Source of the DNA: Octopus vulgaris
Lineage: Eukaryota
Direction of reading: 5' to 3'
Assembly: GCA_951406725.2 (NCBI GenBank)
Contig: OX597816.1
Location: 100,378,001-100,442,000 of the forward strand
DNA: 64,000 nt
Numbering within the stretch: the stretch's first letter is position 1; every line of letters starts with the position of its first letter. Positions 50,931 to 64,000 of this stretch are shown in pieces. The translations under genes and the position numbers were made by a program. The notes beneath the pieces were generated by a model. That model was not told where the DNA came from and ran no database searches. It worked only from the letters and a program-made list of their open reading frames with translations.

Positions 50931-53900
50931 CCAGATTATACAAAATGTTTCTGTGTATAAAACAGTTTGTGTGAGACATTATAAGTGTAAGGATGTAGTG
51001 AAACTGTTAATCTTAGAATGGTTTTCATGATACGAAAAGTCATGGCAAACTAACATACATCAGTTTCTACTTTTAACTGAATTGTATCTTATGTATCTTA
51101 CCATTTCCCAGATTATCTTTAATTCCATAATTGACAATACATGTTACATAGTTCTATAGATCCTTTAATCCTTTATTCATGCAAAATACAGTTCACGTTA
51201 AAAGTACAAGTGTGTAAGTAACTGCAAAACAGACATCTATATATTAACATGAAAGATTAACAAGCATGTCAAAGTGAAATAAGAATTCTCCAGATTGGCT
51301 CATCTGTCTTTTCCCCAAATTACTTCTTAACTTCATCTCATTTATGACCAAGTCAGTATTTAAGTAATGGTTTATTTAAGAGATACTTCTGTGAATGATG
51401 GACAAATATAATTGGTAAACTGATTTCATATTCTTCAACTCGCAGTAAATCTTACTTCCCAAGATAATAAAAATAGATTGTTGTATGTTTAAATTCAAGT
51501 AAATGTTAAATTTCAGCTTAATAAATTGTTGCATCTTGTTTGTACTAGTAGTACCAAAGCTATTAATGCAGGAAATTTCTTCTGCTGTATTCTATAGACA
51601 AATATACCTAACATGCAAAACAGCTGCAACTATACTGAGCTGTTTACAGAAGATGCATCTTTTAACAAATTCCTTCAGTCTGTTCAGAAAGCAGCTTCAA
51701 TTTTGAATAGGCCATGCTTGAATGCATTGTTGCTTTCAGACAATGTATTATATCAATTTGTAGTGGAAGTCAGTTTTCTATATCTGTCAACAGCTTGTGT
51801 TCAACATAAAAGATATGTGAAATTCTTACATCTTATTTTAGCAATTAGTTCATGTTTAGTTATTGCTTTCTTTAACTATCTATTATACTTGGTTGCCTTA
51901 ATCTTTAAAGGTAAAATAGCATGATTTTTATATTTATTTTGCAGTGTTGAATCATAGAAAAAAATTGAAGTTTAAAATGGTTAGAATAGTTATCAAATTG
52001 TTTAACAAGTTATGTAATGCTAGTAATAATTGAGGTTAGATGTGATAGAAGCAGACCAGATGAAAAAATATAACATTAAACCTTGCAAATAAGATTATAA
52101 AGAATTGATTCATGTGAAGCGTGTAAAGTTTGATATGAGAAAATGGAAAACACCTGAAATCATTTTAAAATATTGATAAATTAATTTGAAAACAAACGTT
52201 GTATAATTATAAATATCTACTTTAAAAAGCATAAAATGCTTTGTACTCATTTACACGAAGCTTGTGATTTAGTCTGAAAAAACTGGAATCCTTGCAGCAA
52301 CCTTAGAGTTGGCATTAAAATGTTTTATATACTTAACTCATTATCAAACATTGTGCAATTGACCATAGATCAAAAACAATATTTTACCAACTAGTGTACT
52401 AATATTTTTCTGCTACACATTACAACCAAATCAGCATCAGTCAACAATTCTACCCCTATTTTGTGCTGCAGCATTTTTTTTTTTAATCAGTTCTTAATTT
52501 CTACTCCTATTATTCTTGCTGACTACAATGTTACAAACTGAAGATCTCACCCGCTATATTATATTGTATGTTGATATATAAATGATTTCTTTTAAATTAT
52601 TTGTCACTCTATCTTAGAAATATGATCAATGCAAAATTCCTTTGTTGAATTGACAGTAGAGTTTACTTGTAAACATTGAATTACATCAAAGATAGTAAGC
52701 TTTATTGGCATTTGCTCAAAAGGAATTTTCATCCATAAAAACTGATGCATACATAGGGCTGTGAATGTGTTTTTGCATGCCTGCTGTGCATTAATATATT
52801 AGTTTGTATCTCTCTCTCTCGCCCATGCACCTCTCTTCTCTCTCTTGCCCCATGTCTTTCTCATTGCTGCCCTCTCTCTCACTACCTGTGGGTTTACATA
52901 TAATTTTATTGAAATAAATGCTAGACCTCACTAATTTTGACATGATTATGTACCCACTGTCTGACTTGAAGCCCATATAAAACAACCTTGAATACTAATA
53001 TAAAAGCAAATCAGAAATCATTTGGGCAAACACTCTGTTGCTACTTCTAGTGATGCTGTATTTTTAGTCATGTCAACACCCAGCTGTTGAAAAATATTTA
53101 GCCATTCCCAAGTGCACTTTTAACTTACAGCTCAGTTGATCATTAATACGTGTGTGTACTTTCTCTCTCTCTCTCTCTCCCCTCATGCAGGCTCATATGG
53201 ATATATATATATGTCTTATCTAATGTGCAGCCAAATGCTGATAAACTATCAATAAATAGTTATATATATTTATGAATTAATCAATACATTTATTTAAACA
53301 CTTTCAAATGTTTTTCTTTTCCTTCTATAACAATTGGTAGCTAATGAATATCTTAGATGAATTTCTGCACAGCAACATAATAAACCAGAAAAGATTATTA
53401 ATTTTAAGTGAACAGTTTGGAAAGTATACTAAATAGTGAATGTCACATAAAGTAGACTGATCTGTAGCTTTAATTTGGCTGTAATGGATGACAGAGTCTA
53501 AATTGTAATAGAGTTTTTGAGCATTAATAGAAAGATAGAAAGCATCTTTAATTGAAATGCTATAAAACATGTACTCAGTGTCAGTGACAGCTGTCTCAAA
53601 GATAGTTAGCATTAATCCTGTATTAAGTATCAGCTCAAAGGTCTAAAGGTGGTCATCTTGTAATGTCTACAAATTAATATCTAATGATGAAACTGATACC
53701 TGGATAGCTTCAGACATTAACTTATCTATATTTTTATATGGGCATGGCTTTTATTATTTTAGTGTTCTTGACTATTAAGTCATTGATTCTGTTTTGATAT
53801 GCACTATTCTGAGTAGTATATTCACCAATCTTCAGATCTCTGTTAGGTTTGAACTTACTTTCTATACAATGACATGGTTGCCCAATTAAGTAAAACTTTT

Positions 53901-55980
53901 GTTTCAGTCCTATTTATGAAATTATCATTAATATGATTCAAAATACCTCAGAAAACTCAGTTTATAGCAATATAAAGATATCTAATAAATATAAGATTCT
54001 TTCCAAAACATTGACAATATGAAATCTATTTTCCCAAAGTTTTTCAAGAAATCAAGTGGAAACACTATTTACCAATATTAATGTACTCAGTCATCAGTTA
54101 CTTCTTTCCTGTGTTTGTTTTGTTAGAGCAACAAATATGATCTACCTTCTTTCCTAAGTATTTGTGTAGTTTCACTTCTGTTAAATACCAAAAGAAATAT
54201 GTAAGTGAATGACAGTAATGGACAATAAAGTTAATTCTTTAACAGCTGACAACATAAAAACTTCCTTTCTTTTTGTACCATTAATCATTTCTACAGTAAT
54301 AACCATAGTCCATCATATTATAGCAACAAGGATTTCTTACTTGAGTTTTAAGCATCTAACCACCAGCTATGTTGATTGCTATTTCTCACTAAGCTTCTTA
54401 CTGGACTTGCAATCTTTTCACTAGTTTCTCCATATGAATGGGATGGAATATGATAGTAGCTACAACAATAAAGCAAGAACATCTATTGACTAGACTCTTC
54501 ATATTCCTAGCTACTTCCAATAGTAATTAATTTAGAGACATCGATATTTTCATTATATAATGTTTAACTAAGGAATCTATTGGTCTTTGAAACAATGAGC
54601 CTGCGTTTAATACAGAGAAGCTAGGAAAATTCAATCTTGTAAAAGTTTCTGTCAATTTTTAGACATCCCAGGCAATTTAATTTTTTTCCTTTTAAATATA
54701 TTATGTTGATTTTATTTATCTGTTAGCTCATATGTACTTAAGTTCTTACATTTCATGATGCATGCTAAACAATTATCAATTACTTCTTTTTCAAATTTTT
54801 TGCAGTATCCTTGCTTGTCAACAAATTTTTCTACCATAAGATATTACTATTCTAATAATTTTTCTTATGTGCAGTAAGTTTTCCAGGTTTGACATAAAAT
54901 TAGAGAGACATATCTTACTTAACCATCTATATAATAATCTGCTTGTTCACTCACCTGTTGGAAGTAGAATAAGTGAGAGGTGAAGTAAAAGAAAGAGGGG
55001 GAGTGTAAGTAGAGAAGAAAGAAGTGAGAAAGAAGTAGAGAAAGGTGTATAATAAGGCCAAATGCATCATGTGGTTAGTTGAAGGGAGAGGCAAAGAGAG
55101 AGAGAAAAAGACGATGAGAGAAAAGAGGGAAAGAGAAATGTTAATGGCATGCTGTTGGGAGGGGGGGGTAAAGAAAAAGAGATATGTTTAGGGATACAAT
55201 ATTTAGCAGAGGGTAATGTCCTGGTGGTGAGGTTAAAGAAAGGCAGATAGAGGGAGATGAACAGGGGTAGCAGTTACATTAAGAGAGAGAGACAGAGAGA
55301 GGCTGACAGCATTTGTATTGTCAGAGTAGAGATATATCAACAGCAAGACAAAGTAGATATAAACAAACAGCCAGACAGGAATGAAATGAAATGAGTTTTG
55401 TTACTGGAAACTATATTGATGATTATGATGGTGGTGGTGCTGTGCTGATAGTGAAAATAATTTTTTTATTGAACTAAATCTATTATATTACTCTTCTACC
55501 TGTTCGTTCATACCTTACGCTTTAGTTTGTTAGAGAGGAAAAGGAGGTGGAATGAGAGAGAGGAAGAAGAAATGTGTGAGTGAGAGAGCAGATAACCAGC
55601 CAATGCGTTATGTTATCATTCATATGGTTAGTGGAAGTGAGAAGAGAAAGTAAGAAATTACATTGTTAAAAAGTTTGTTGAAGAGGTAGAGAGAAAAAGA
55701 GAAGCATCAAGTGCTTAGCTGAGGGAAATTTTAAAATCATATTGTGACTTGAAGTGAAATAACTTAGCAAAATAAAAATGTGAATCATCCTTTCTTTCTT
55801 AAATAGTTTCTCTTAATCTTTTTCATTCTGTGGAATTTCCGTGGGTCCCACTAGTAATATTTATGTTAGCACTTGCCAAAATCACTTTAGAAATTAAAAA
55901 TAAAATTTATCTGAGTTGAAATCAATTTTCAGTATCTAAATTAAATGTATAGTCACTTGAATTGTGTGTGTGTGTATTTT

Positions 55981-56298
55981 GAAGGCACAGGCTTAGTGGC
56001 AAGAGTATTTGGTTCATGACTGTATGGTCATGAGTTCCCAGCATCACACTGTGTCCTTGAGCAAGACCCTTTATTTCACATTGCTCCACTCCACTCATCT
56101 GGCAAAATTGAGTTGTACTTGTATGACAAAGGGCTAGCCTTATCACATTCTGTATCATGCTGAATCTCCTTGAAAACAACAATAAGGGTACATGTGTCTG
56201 TGGAGTGCTCAGCCACTTGCACATTAATTTCATGAGCTGGCTGTTCCATTGATTCAATCAACTGGAACCCTTGTCATCATAACTGACAGAGTGCCAGT
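55981..56298 (+). mobile_element. tRNA-derived CORE-like SINE
   Basis: Head ggcttagtggcaagag and CORE-like tgtgtccttgagcaagaccctttatttcac. A decayed minus copy may lie at ~7100-7390. Confidence 0.75.
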
Positions 56299-57539
56299 TT
56301 ATATGCATTACTCTCCTTGCTTTTTCTCATTTTTCCTTTTTTTCCTCTTCCATTCTTACCTCCTATTTTCCTTTCTCCACTTTTGTCATACTTCCTCACT
56401 ATTATCACACTCTGTGACTAGAAAACTATAAATAATGTCAAACCCCATCAATTTTCCTGTCACAACCTACCCAAAGATCCTGTGCACCTACAGGTGGAAC
56501 TCAGAGTAGCAAGAGTGACTTGACCAAAATAAAAAGTTATTACTCTCTACCATGATACTGAGCATTCTTTTTTCCAACAGTCCACACTTATTGGATAACT
56601 ATACCTGTATGTGTGTGTTAAAATCATAAAGGGTTTTCTTTAAAATGATGCTGTCAACAACAGGAAGAAGGATCAAATTATCAGTTTATGTATGAAAATC
56701 TTTCATAGTTCACCAAGTGTTGCCAGGCAATTTTTCCTCTAGAATGTTTTATATAAATTTTTGTTTATTACTTGTCAGATCACGCCTTCCTTGACAGATA
56801 GGCATCTTGATCAGGACAGATTTGTGCAATTTTTCATAAAAAACTTTGTTGAGGTTTTTTTTCCTTTTTAAATTATTTACATGTCTGTTTGACTGTTTCA
56901 CATGACTTTATTCATTAAAACTTATTAAAACTTCAGAAGTTCTTACAACTTTGGTCAACAAAATACTTTTAATAAAAACTTATCATAGTGATTTTGCTTT
57001 CGTTTTGTGATAGACAGCTATGATGCAAAAAATGCCAGCTTCCAAATCCTGCTTTCTGATTAGGTAAGTTTAAAATTTCACAATATGTGACAGCAACAGG
57101 GAAGACCCTACAAAAGTAGAGAGACAGACAGTTATAGGTTGTGACACACACACACACATTTACAAATGTACACACATGTGATCACAAATTTAAAATGGTG
57201 CATAGTAGACTTATGTATGTATGTGTGTGTGTGTGTTTCTTTGTGATGGACAGCAGAGAAGCCACCTATCCCCTCTCTCCTTAAAGCTATGTATTCCCCC
57301 ACACCCACCTTTCTTTCCCTTCTTTAGCATTTTAAAAGTTTGTGTGTGTGTGTATGCATGTATCTATGTATTTATGAAAGTATGTGTGCAGCGTTATGGT
57401 ATATCCATGAATGACAGCTGTATTAATGTTAGGATCCCACTGTCACTCCATATTTGTCACTTACACAATGCTGTTCTCCCCTTCCCTGATATCAGTCACA
57501 CTCACTACGCTACCACATTTTCCTCACACTGACACTCTT

Positions 57540-57738
57540 CTCATTTTATCAAATAATAGCTCAACCCTGCTAGGGGGCCCATTATAGATTTTTATGGAAA
57601 TCCAATTAGCCTATAATTGAACTGGATGTTAGTTTAACATGTATGTAAAGTTTTGCCAAAATTGGTTCCCAGGTATAGGCAGCAAAATGGTAACAGGCTG
57701 ATTGACAGACAGAAATTGCGATTTATGTATAAGATTAA
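57540..57738 (-). mobile_element. Non-autonomous Helitron-like terminus
   Basis: catgtatgtaaagttttgccaaaattggttc...gacagacagaaattgcgatttatgtataagat layout, typical of non-autonomous Helitron ends. Confidence 0.45.
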
Positions 57739-59231
57739 ATCATTGCAAACTGCTTTCCATGCCTATTGTTTTAACTTTTGATGCTGATAACTGATGTTGA
57801 CTCTGCATGTCATTTTCTTGAGTCACTAAAATAAGTATCAGATTTTTAGTGGGGCCAGTTTGATTAATCATATATAAATCCCTCCAAATTTTTTGTGTCA
57901 TCATTTTATGAAGGTGATTTAGTTTCATAACATAGTCAGAAATCTGACAGAGAGCTATGATTAATTAAGAAGGTAACTAAAAATGAACCACCTAGTTTCA
58001 ATACAAGTTAAATTTGTGTAATAGAAGTGGGCAAGTCACCTATTTCTTTGTTAAGTGTTTTGAAATTAATTTGTTTGAAAGAACGATTAAGCAATCTGCA
58101 ATGGATGTCTTTGGGCAGCTTTTACTCAGCATAATTGGAAATCTTGGCTGGAAATCACCAATTCTAAAGGGAGATACTTTGGCAAAGAAATGCTTCAGGC
58201 TGCAATCTGAAAGAATAATTGAAACTATATCTTAGAAAATAGAAATAGAGATAATAGACTAAAGAGTGAGAATGTGTCTGTGTGTGTGTGTTCTCAATCT
58301 TTTTTCTGTTTGTCTGACTCTTACCTTCTCTTATTTCTTTTTCTTATGTACAAGTCATTGAATTCTAGGTAGGTGGCAATATATCAATGATTGAAGCTTT
58401 AAAATTGAAGGTGGACTAGTTTTTCTTTCTTGTTTTGTTCTCTTTTCTCCTTCCTTTCCTTCTAATTAGCTGTAGTATTTCTTTATTATTGTACATTATT
58501 ATAGTATTTCTTTATTATTTTACATTATTACTCTATCCATGAGTAACAGATTAAGTTCCCCTACTATGTTAAATGCTTTAATTTTGTATTTCATCACTAT
58601 AAGGTTAATAAAGTATCAAAAATATTATAGAAAAAGGAGGAGGAAGAAATTATCAGAACAATGGTAAATGACTGACACCTTACTTTCTAATGCTATATTT
58701 CACATTCATATGTTCAAATACTGAAAATATACTATGCCTTTTACCTTCATAAATTGAGCTCTTCCTTTATGGACTTCCCCTAAAAAAATTGCCTTGTTCC
58801 TAATCAAAATAAATTGTGATTTCTTTGCATATGTATTTGCAGTTGTTTTAGTGTAGCAATAATTATTAGGTGAATTAATTTCACAGCATGGTTTCATTTC
58901 TTAGTACTAACCATCACTCTACTTTACTTACATTACTAATGCTCTGAGTAAAATTTTGAATATCTTAACTCCAAATTTTTTTCTTCTAAAAGTGTCTTAT
59001 CCGACTATTTAAGAAAAGTATCACATGTTTCTTTATAGCTTTTCTCTGTAGAATGTAAAATGTAAAAAACAGATTTCAAGATTTTCAAACTATTACTTTT
59101 AGTGGTCCATATATAAGTGAAGCTCAAAAGTAGCTTATAGCAATTTAGCTCTTTGTCCTCTTTCCTACTTCCATTGTAAATTTTGTATTCATGTCTGTAA
59201 GCTAAAAACCATTAGTTAAAAATATATATAG

Positions 59232-59279
<48 letters not shown>

Positions 59280-59788
59280 CTTTTATAACCATGTTCATAC
59301 ATGATTATATTTGACACATAATCATCATCATCTTCATTTTCACAATCACCACCATCATTACCAATATCCTCATTAGTAGCAGCAGCATTTGCTTTCTGTT
59401 CTGACATCAGTTAGATGGGTTTTTGCTGCTTTTCTAGATGAGACAGAAGGCTACATCTTGCTCAGTAAGTTTCCTTTTTAGCTAGGTTTCTTCAGGCTGA
59501 ATACCCCCACTAAGACCAGCAATTTTTACATTGTATACAAATTGAAATTTTCAGGACACCAGCACTAGAGAAGTTACTGTATCTTTGACAAAATTAAAGT
59601 GTCCTCCCAACCCTAGACTTGACAGGGAGAATAAAAGTGAAACAGTGACAGATTGCTTGAGGTGGATAAATGATGAGAGTGGTTGATGGATGTTGATATC
59701 ATGTGGCCAGTGGGAAATATAGATGGAGTGCATGAGGTTCATGCAGGACTGATGAAATCTGTTAAGTATATATCTCAAGATGTTAAAT

Positions 59789-59853
59789 GAGCTAGCATGA
59801 TATGGATAAGAGCTAGCATGATATGGATAAGAGCTAGCATGATATGGAAAGAG
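59789..59853. repeat. 21-bp tandem repeat x3
   Basis: gagctagcatgatatggataa twice perfect plus one near-perfect copy. Confidence 0.95.
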
Positions 59854-60239
59854 GTTCAGACAAGTCCTGTGGCATTCTTAACCACACTGGCAGCAATGTT
59901 ACAGTGAATCAAAGAGATCTACTACTGTCTTTAGTTACATCAGAAACTTAATACAGTGAGAGTGGGAAGAGACAAGAATGATTGAGAAATGGAAAATAGG
60001 GGCATAATAGCTAGAGGCACGACTGAAAAAGGTAGAGGCAAAAGAGACATGGATAGTAGTGGTATGGATAATAGACAAGTGATAAGAAGGATATGTAATA
60101 AGACAAATGACTGGTGTGTGTGTTTGAGAGACAAGAGACACCCAAAGATGCTAAAGACAACCTTGACAGTATCTACATATATGATGGCATATACCTACAC
60201 ACACACACACACATGATCACACTTATATATACAACCAAT

Positions 60240-60680
60240 ATCCAGGGCTTCATCACTCCTGAAGGAGGAACCCCTCCCTGGCGTCCTTCCACCAGTCTGT
60301 CTCTGGCCAGTCATGGTCATGAAGGCTCCATGTAGCAGGTGAGATTATCACGCCATCTTGTCTTTAGTTGGCCTCTTGAACTTGTTCATTGTTTTGGTGT
60401 CCACCCTGTCACTTTGATCGTCCATCTGTTATTCTTCAGTCACACAATGTGGTCAACCCATCTATATTTGTTCTACTTGATGACACTTATGATGTTGTTG
60501 ACTCTCATGTATTGCCATATCTAGGTGTAGGTTTTCTTGTTCTGCAATATGATTCTAAGCATAATTTGTTCCATTTCCATTGGGCTAAATGAAGGTGTTT
60601 ATGATGCTAGTGTTGAGATCTCATGTTTCACTAACATAAATCATCACTTACAAAATGTACTTATTGAAGATCTTTTATTT
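60240..60680 (-). mobile_element. RTE-clade LINE 3' fragment (second RTE family)
   Basis: Minus translation KYRWVDHIV*LKNNRWTIKVTGWTPKQ*TSSRGQLKTRWRDNL. Confidence 0.8.
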
Positions 60681-61194
60681 TTCACATTCCGATTGTCAGG
60701 TAATACACACATATTAACATACATGCATATATACATATAAACATACTATAAATGATTATTACAATTTCTAAACACCTGACCCCACTACTAATTAGGTCTC
60801 CTAGGTAACAACCTATCAACTATTTTTAGAGAGCTACCTGGCATTGGAGAGAGATTATTTTGCATGTGCACTTAGTTTTTATTGCCTTTCTGAACCTATA
60901 GAATGCAAAGTGTTAGCTGACTGTAATTTTACTATAGCTCTTGTGAGTCCATTGTTTACACTGGGTACATAATGTTGAGTTCCTACCAAACCTTTTTCTT
61001 TACACCAATTATGGCCATTTCCTTGATGGCATCAAATCCTGTTTTCCCTTGTATTTGCTAATATTTCAAGGCTTCTCAATTCTAGGTTTTATATTCGTGC
61101 CTGAAATTTCTTCTATTGATTCAGCTAAGAGCTAAATCATTTGCTTATAGGATTCTTAATCTCTTCTATTATAGTTTAGAGGACTATAGCGAAC

Positions 61195-61420
61195 AGATAG
61201 AGCTGAGGTCTAAGCCTTGATACACCCTAACTTCCTACTGATTTCATCACTAAACTCATTACTACTTCTTATTTTTCTAACTACAGCTAGTACAGCTTTC
61301 CCAACCACCCAACTATCCCAATCTTCCTCAGTGACCCCCCTGGTCAGAGAGCAAAGAATCCTATCAAAGGCTTTCTCTAGGTCAACAAATGCAAGATATA
61401 TAGGCTTATTCTGTAAATAT
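61195..61420 (-). mobile_element. RTE RT core fragment
   Basis: Minus translation YLAFVDLEKAFDRIL...LRKIGIVGWLGKAV...SSNEFSDE. Confidence 0.75.
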
Positions 61421-61728
61421 TACCCCAAAACTTAAAAAACAGCCTAGATTCAATTACTCTTCTAGTAGTGTCTTACAACACGTTAAGAGCCTACTATGAA
61501 TAGGTTTCAGTGAGTTAATAAACTTTTTCTGAGCACCTATTGAACTCAAGCACCCTGTAACTTTGGAGTTTGCTATATTTCATAATGTATCCAATAAGCT
61601 CTTACACATGCTTTCTAATATTTAATAGATTTATTTTTCAATGTTTTTATGACAGGTTTTCTTTTCTTTTTCTCAAAGTTGTATACATTATAATAAAGCT
61701 GTCTGCAGACAAGAAGAGAGAATTTCTG

Positions 61729-62153
61729 AATATTATTAATCAAGGATTACTAACTCTTTGCTTGCCAGGATACAAAACAATTCAATCTGTCAATATCATA
61801 GAAATTATATAGCTTTAGAAATAAAACATATTTTCTCTGTTGGTTAATTGATTCATGTATCGCCAAACTTTAACTTTATTTATACTTCACCATCAGTGTG
61901 TGTGAATGTGTATTTAGTTACATATGTATATGTATGGAGGCACAAGTATGGCAGTGTGGTTAAGAAAATTGGTTCAGGACTACAGGTTTAGGAGTTTGGC
62001 TCAACAGTGCAGAAATTGTTGGTGGATGAAAGGAGAGGTTTCGATGTGTGCTATGTTTTATTGCTAAAGCTATATAATTTCTATGATATTGACAGATTGA
62101 ATTGTTTTGTATCTTGGCAAGCAAAGAGTTAGAAATCCTTGATTAGTAATATT
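61729..62153. repeat. 102-bp inverted repeat with 221-bp spacer
   Basis: Arms 61729-61830 and 62052-62153; 4 mismatches by manual alignment. Confidence 0.92.
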
Positions 62154-62164
62154 GTGTGTATATA

Positions 62165-63287
62165 TATCTCCTCGTGTCATAGCTTTGCAATGTTCCTCTA
62201 CCCTCACTTAGTAGGGGTGGCATGTTTCGCCTTTGTATAACCTACCACAACTGCATGGGATGGAGTACACGCAGTCTTTGGTCATATTTTCTTCTATTGG
62301 TGGCTTTACTTGAAGGAGATATTTGCGAAGTGTTGTATTACTCTTGAATACTGTCCTGATGTCATATGGGCCACATATCTTTTGTATCTTTTTGGAGAGG
62401 CCTTTCACATAGGGCAGACAGACTGTGGACAGTTTATTGGTTTCATCCTCTCTTTTCTTCATAATTGGAGTGGATAGTATGTTTTGTGGGTAGTTGTTAC
62501 TTAATAGATTGTTACTTAGCTTGATCATCTCTTTATGGTGGGTATCACGATCGCTACTTATATACACACATCCCTCTCTTTACACTGTATGGATGGTGGG
62601 AATTGAATTTGAGGTATCGTCCAGTGGAGGTCAGTTTGTGGTATACAGATGTCCTGAATCCATACTTGGTGCGTGATATTAATACATCTAGGAATGCTAG
62701 CTGATTGTCTTTTTCCTTTTCCATTGTAAACTGTATGGATGGCTTTATTGAGTTAACATGATCTAACAGCACTTGGACATCTTCCTGGTGAGGCCAGAGT
62801 ATAAGGGTGTCATCAACATATGACAGCTATAGGGTTGGTTCTAGTGGTGTTGATCCTAAAGCCAAATTCTCAAAGTATTCCATGTATATATTGGCTATTA
62901 TCAGTGATACTAGTGCACCCATAGCTAAACCTTTTTCTTGTCAATACATATCAGTGTCTATACTGAAGTAGGTAATTTCTACACAGAAGGTCAACATTTC
63001 CATCAGGTTTCTTATTGGTATACTTGTGTATTCTTTTAGATAAGTGTATGTCACTAGTTTTTCTTGAGTCACTGATAGTGCTTCACCAGTTGGGACTTTG
63101 GTGAACAGATTCATTACATCTAGACTCACCATCAGCTAGATTCAATGGTGGTATCCTTGATCAATTCTGTGAAGTGGGTGGAATTCTTCAAGAACGATGT
63201 TGACTTTCCTGCTAATGGACTGATTATATCCACAAGGAAGTGGCTCATTGGATGACATGCTGAACCTCTACAGCTCACTATAGGTCT
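62165..63287 (-). mobile_element. Penelope-like element (RT plus GIY-YIG endonuclease), frameshifted
   Basis: MVSLDVMNLFTKVP, GLAMGALVS, YVDDT (62806-62820), FTMEKEKDNQLAFLDV, LPYVKGLS and CVYSIPCSCGRLYKGET. Confidence 0.93.
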
Positions 63288-64000
63288 TAATGGAATACTA
63301 TCCTTGTGAATCTTAGAAAATATTTACTTTCAGCCTCAGTCTCACTGAAAACACAGTACTGTGTGACTGAGAAAAGTAGGAAGCAGTTGAGAGATGAGAA
63401 ATAGGGGCATGGTCTGAGAAGCAGCAAATATAAAGGCTTGGCAAAAGAGATATAGACAACAAGGTTATGGGCAATAAAAATATGATTTGTAAGGATGAAT
63501 GAATGCATGATAGGGATACTAAAGGGATGAAAGGCTATAATAGATATTAATGATGCAGACTTAATAGTAGGAAGATGTATATATATATACACATGCATGC
63601 ATATATGCACACATGTGCATACACCTCATAATACATACCTACATATACACATGAAATTATTTTAATGTCAGTTTTGTCAAGCCTTTCTTCTTCTGCAGTG
63701 TGGTCTTTGTATAGGGGATGCAACAACTTCAGATCTGTCTTCGCCATTTTTTCCATTCTTCCTCAACCTGCCTCTTCCACTGCTCCATGACACTTCTTTA
63801 TACAGCTGTCCTCTTGCTTATATATCACATGCCCATACAAACAATATTTTCTCTTGCACACTACACTTGATTCCTCTTATGCTTTGTTTTTCTCTGAGGT
63901 CTTTTGTGCTTTATCTAGTATTACACATCCAGGGGAATGTACTTGCTTTTTTAGCCTTTGCATTCAAGGCCTATGTCTCAATGTCTCATTACAATGTAAC

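Noticed and set aside
51503-51924. Candidate downstream exon (ORFs 51503-51706 and 51613-51924)
   Set aside because: No recognisable motif, and I could not establish a convincing acceptor/donor pair in phase 1.
58014-58235. 73-aa ORF in non-repetitive sequence
   Set aside because: No flanking splice signals or recognisable domain; the length is within chance expectation.

Overview
AT-rich, microsatellite-dense animal genomic DNA. The repeat inventory (RTE LINEs with (GAT)n tails, tRNA-derived SINEs, DD37D mariner-like elements, Penelope relics) resembles an Octopus/cephalopod genome; this is inferred from recall, not from a search. Most of the window looks like intronic or intergenic sequence packed with decayed transposons: RLE-type non-LTR (R4-like, HERO-like), CR1-like, RTE, Tx1/L1, Rex1-like, Penelope, an old Gypsy element with both LTRs, Helitron, hAT MITE and maT/DD37D. 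Host coding sequence: one large Ser/Pro-rich + strand exon (40587-41847, NAGNAG acceptor, AG|GTAAGC donor) and a candidate phase-compatible upstream start exon (36025-36048, MSSLCCFQ). I cannot name the gene. Most ORF-track entries are spurious or transposon-derived. I found no clearly new biological system. The best leads are a PHD-like zinc finger inserted inside the RTE reverse transcriptase, degenerate hammerhead-ribozyme-like motifs tied to Penelope relics, variable minisatellite arrays in RTE 3' UTRs, and several inverted-repeat pairs (one flanking the coding exon) that could form dsRNA. Many element boundaries are approximate.
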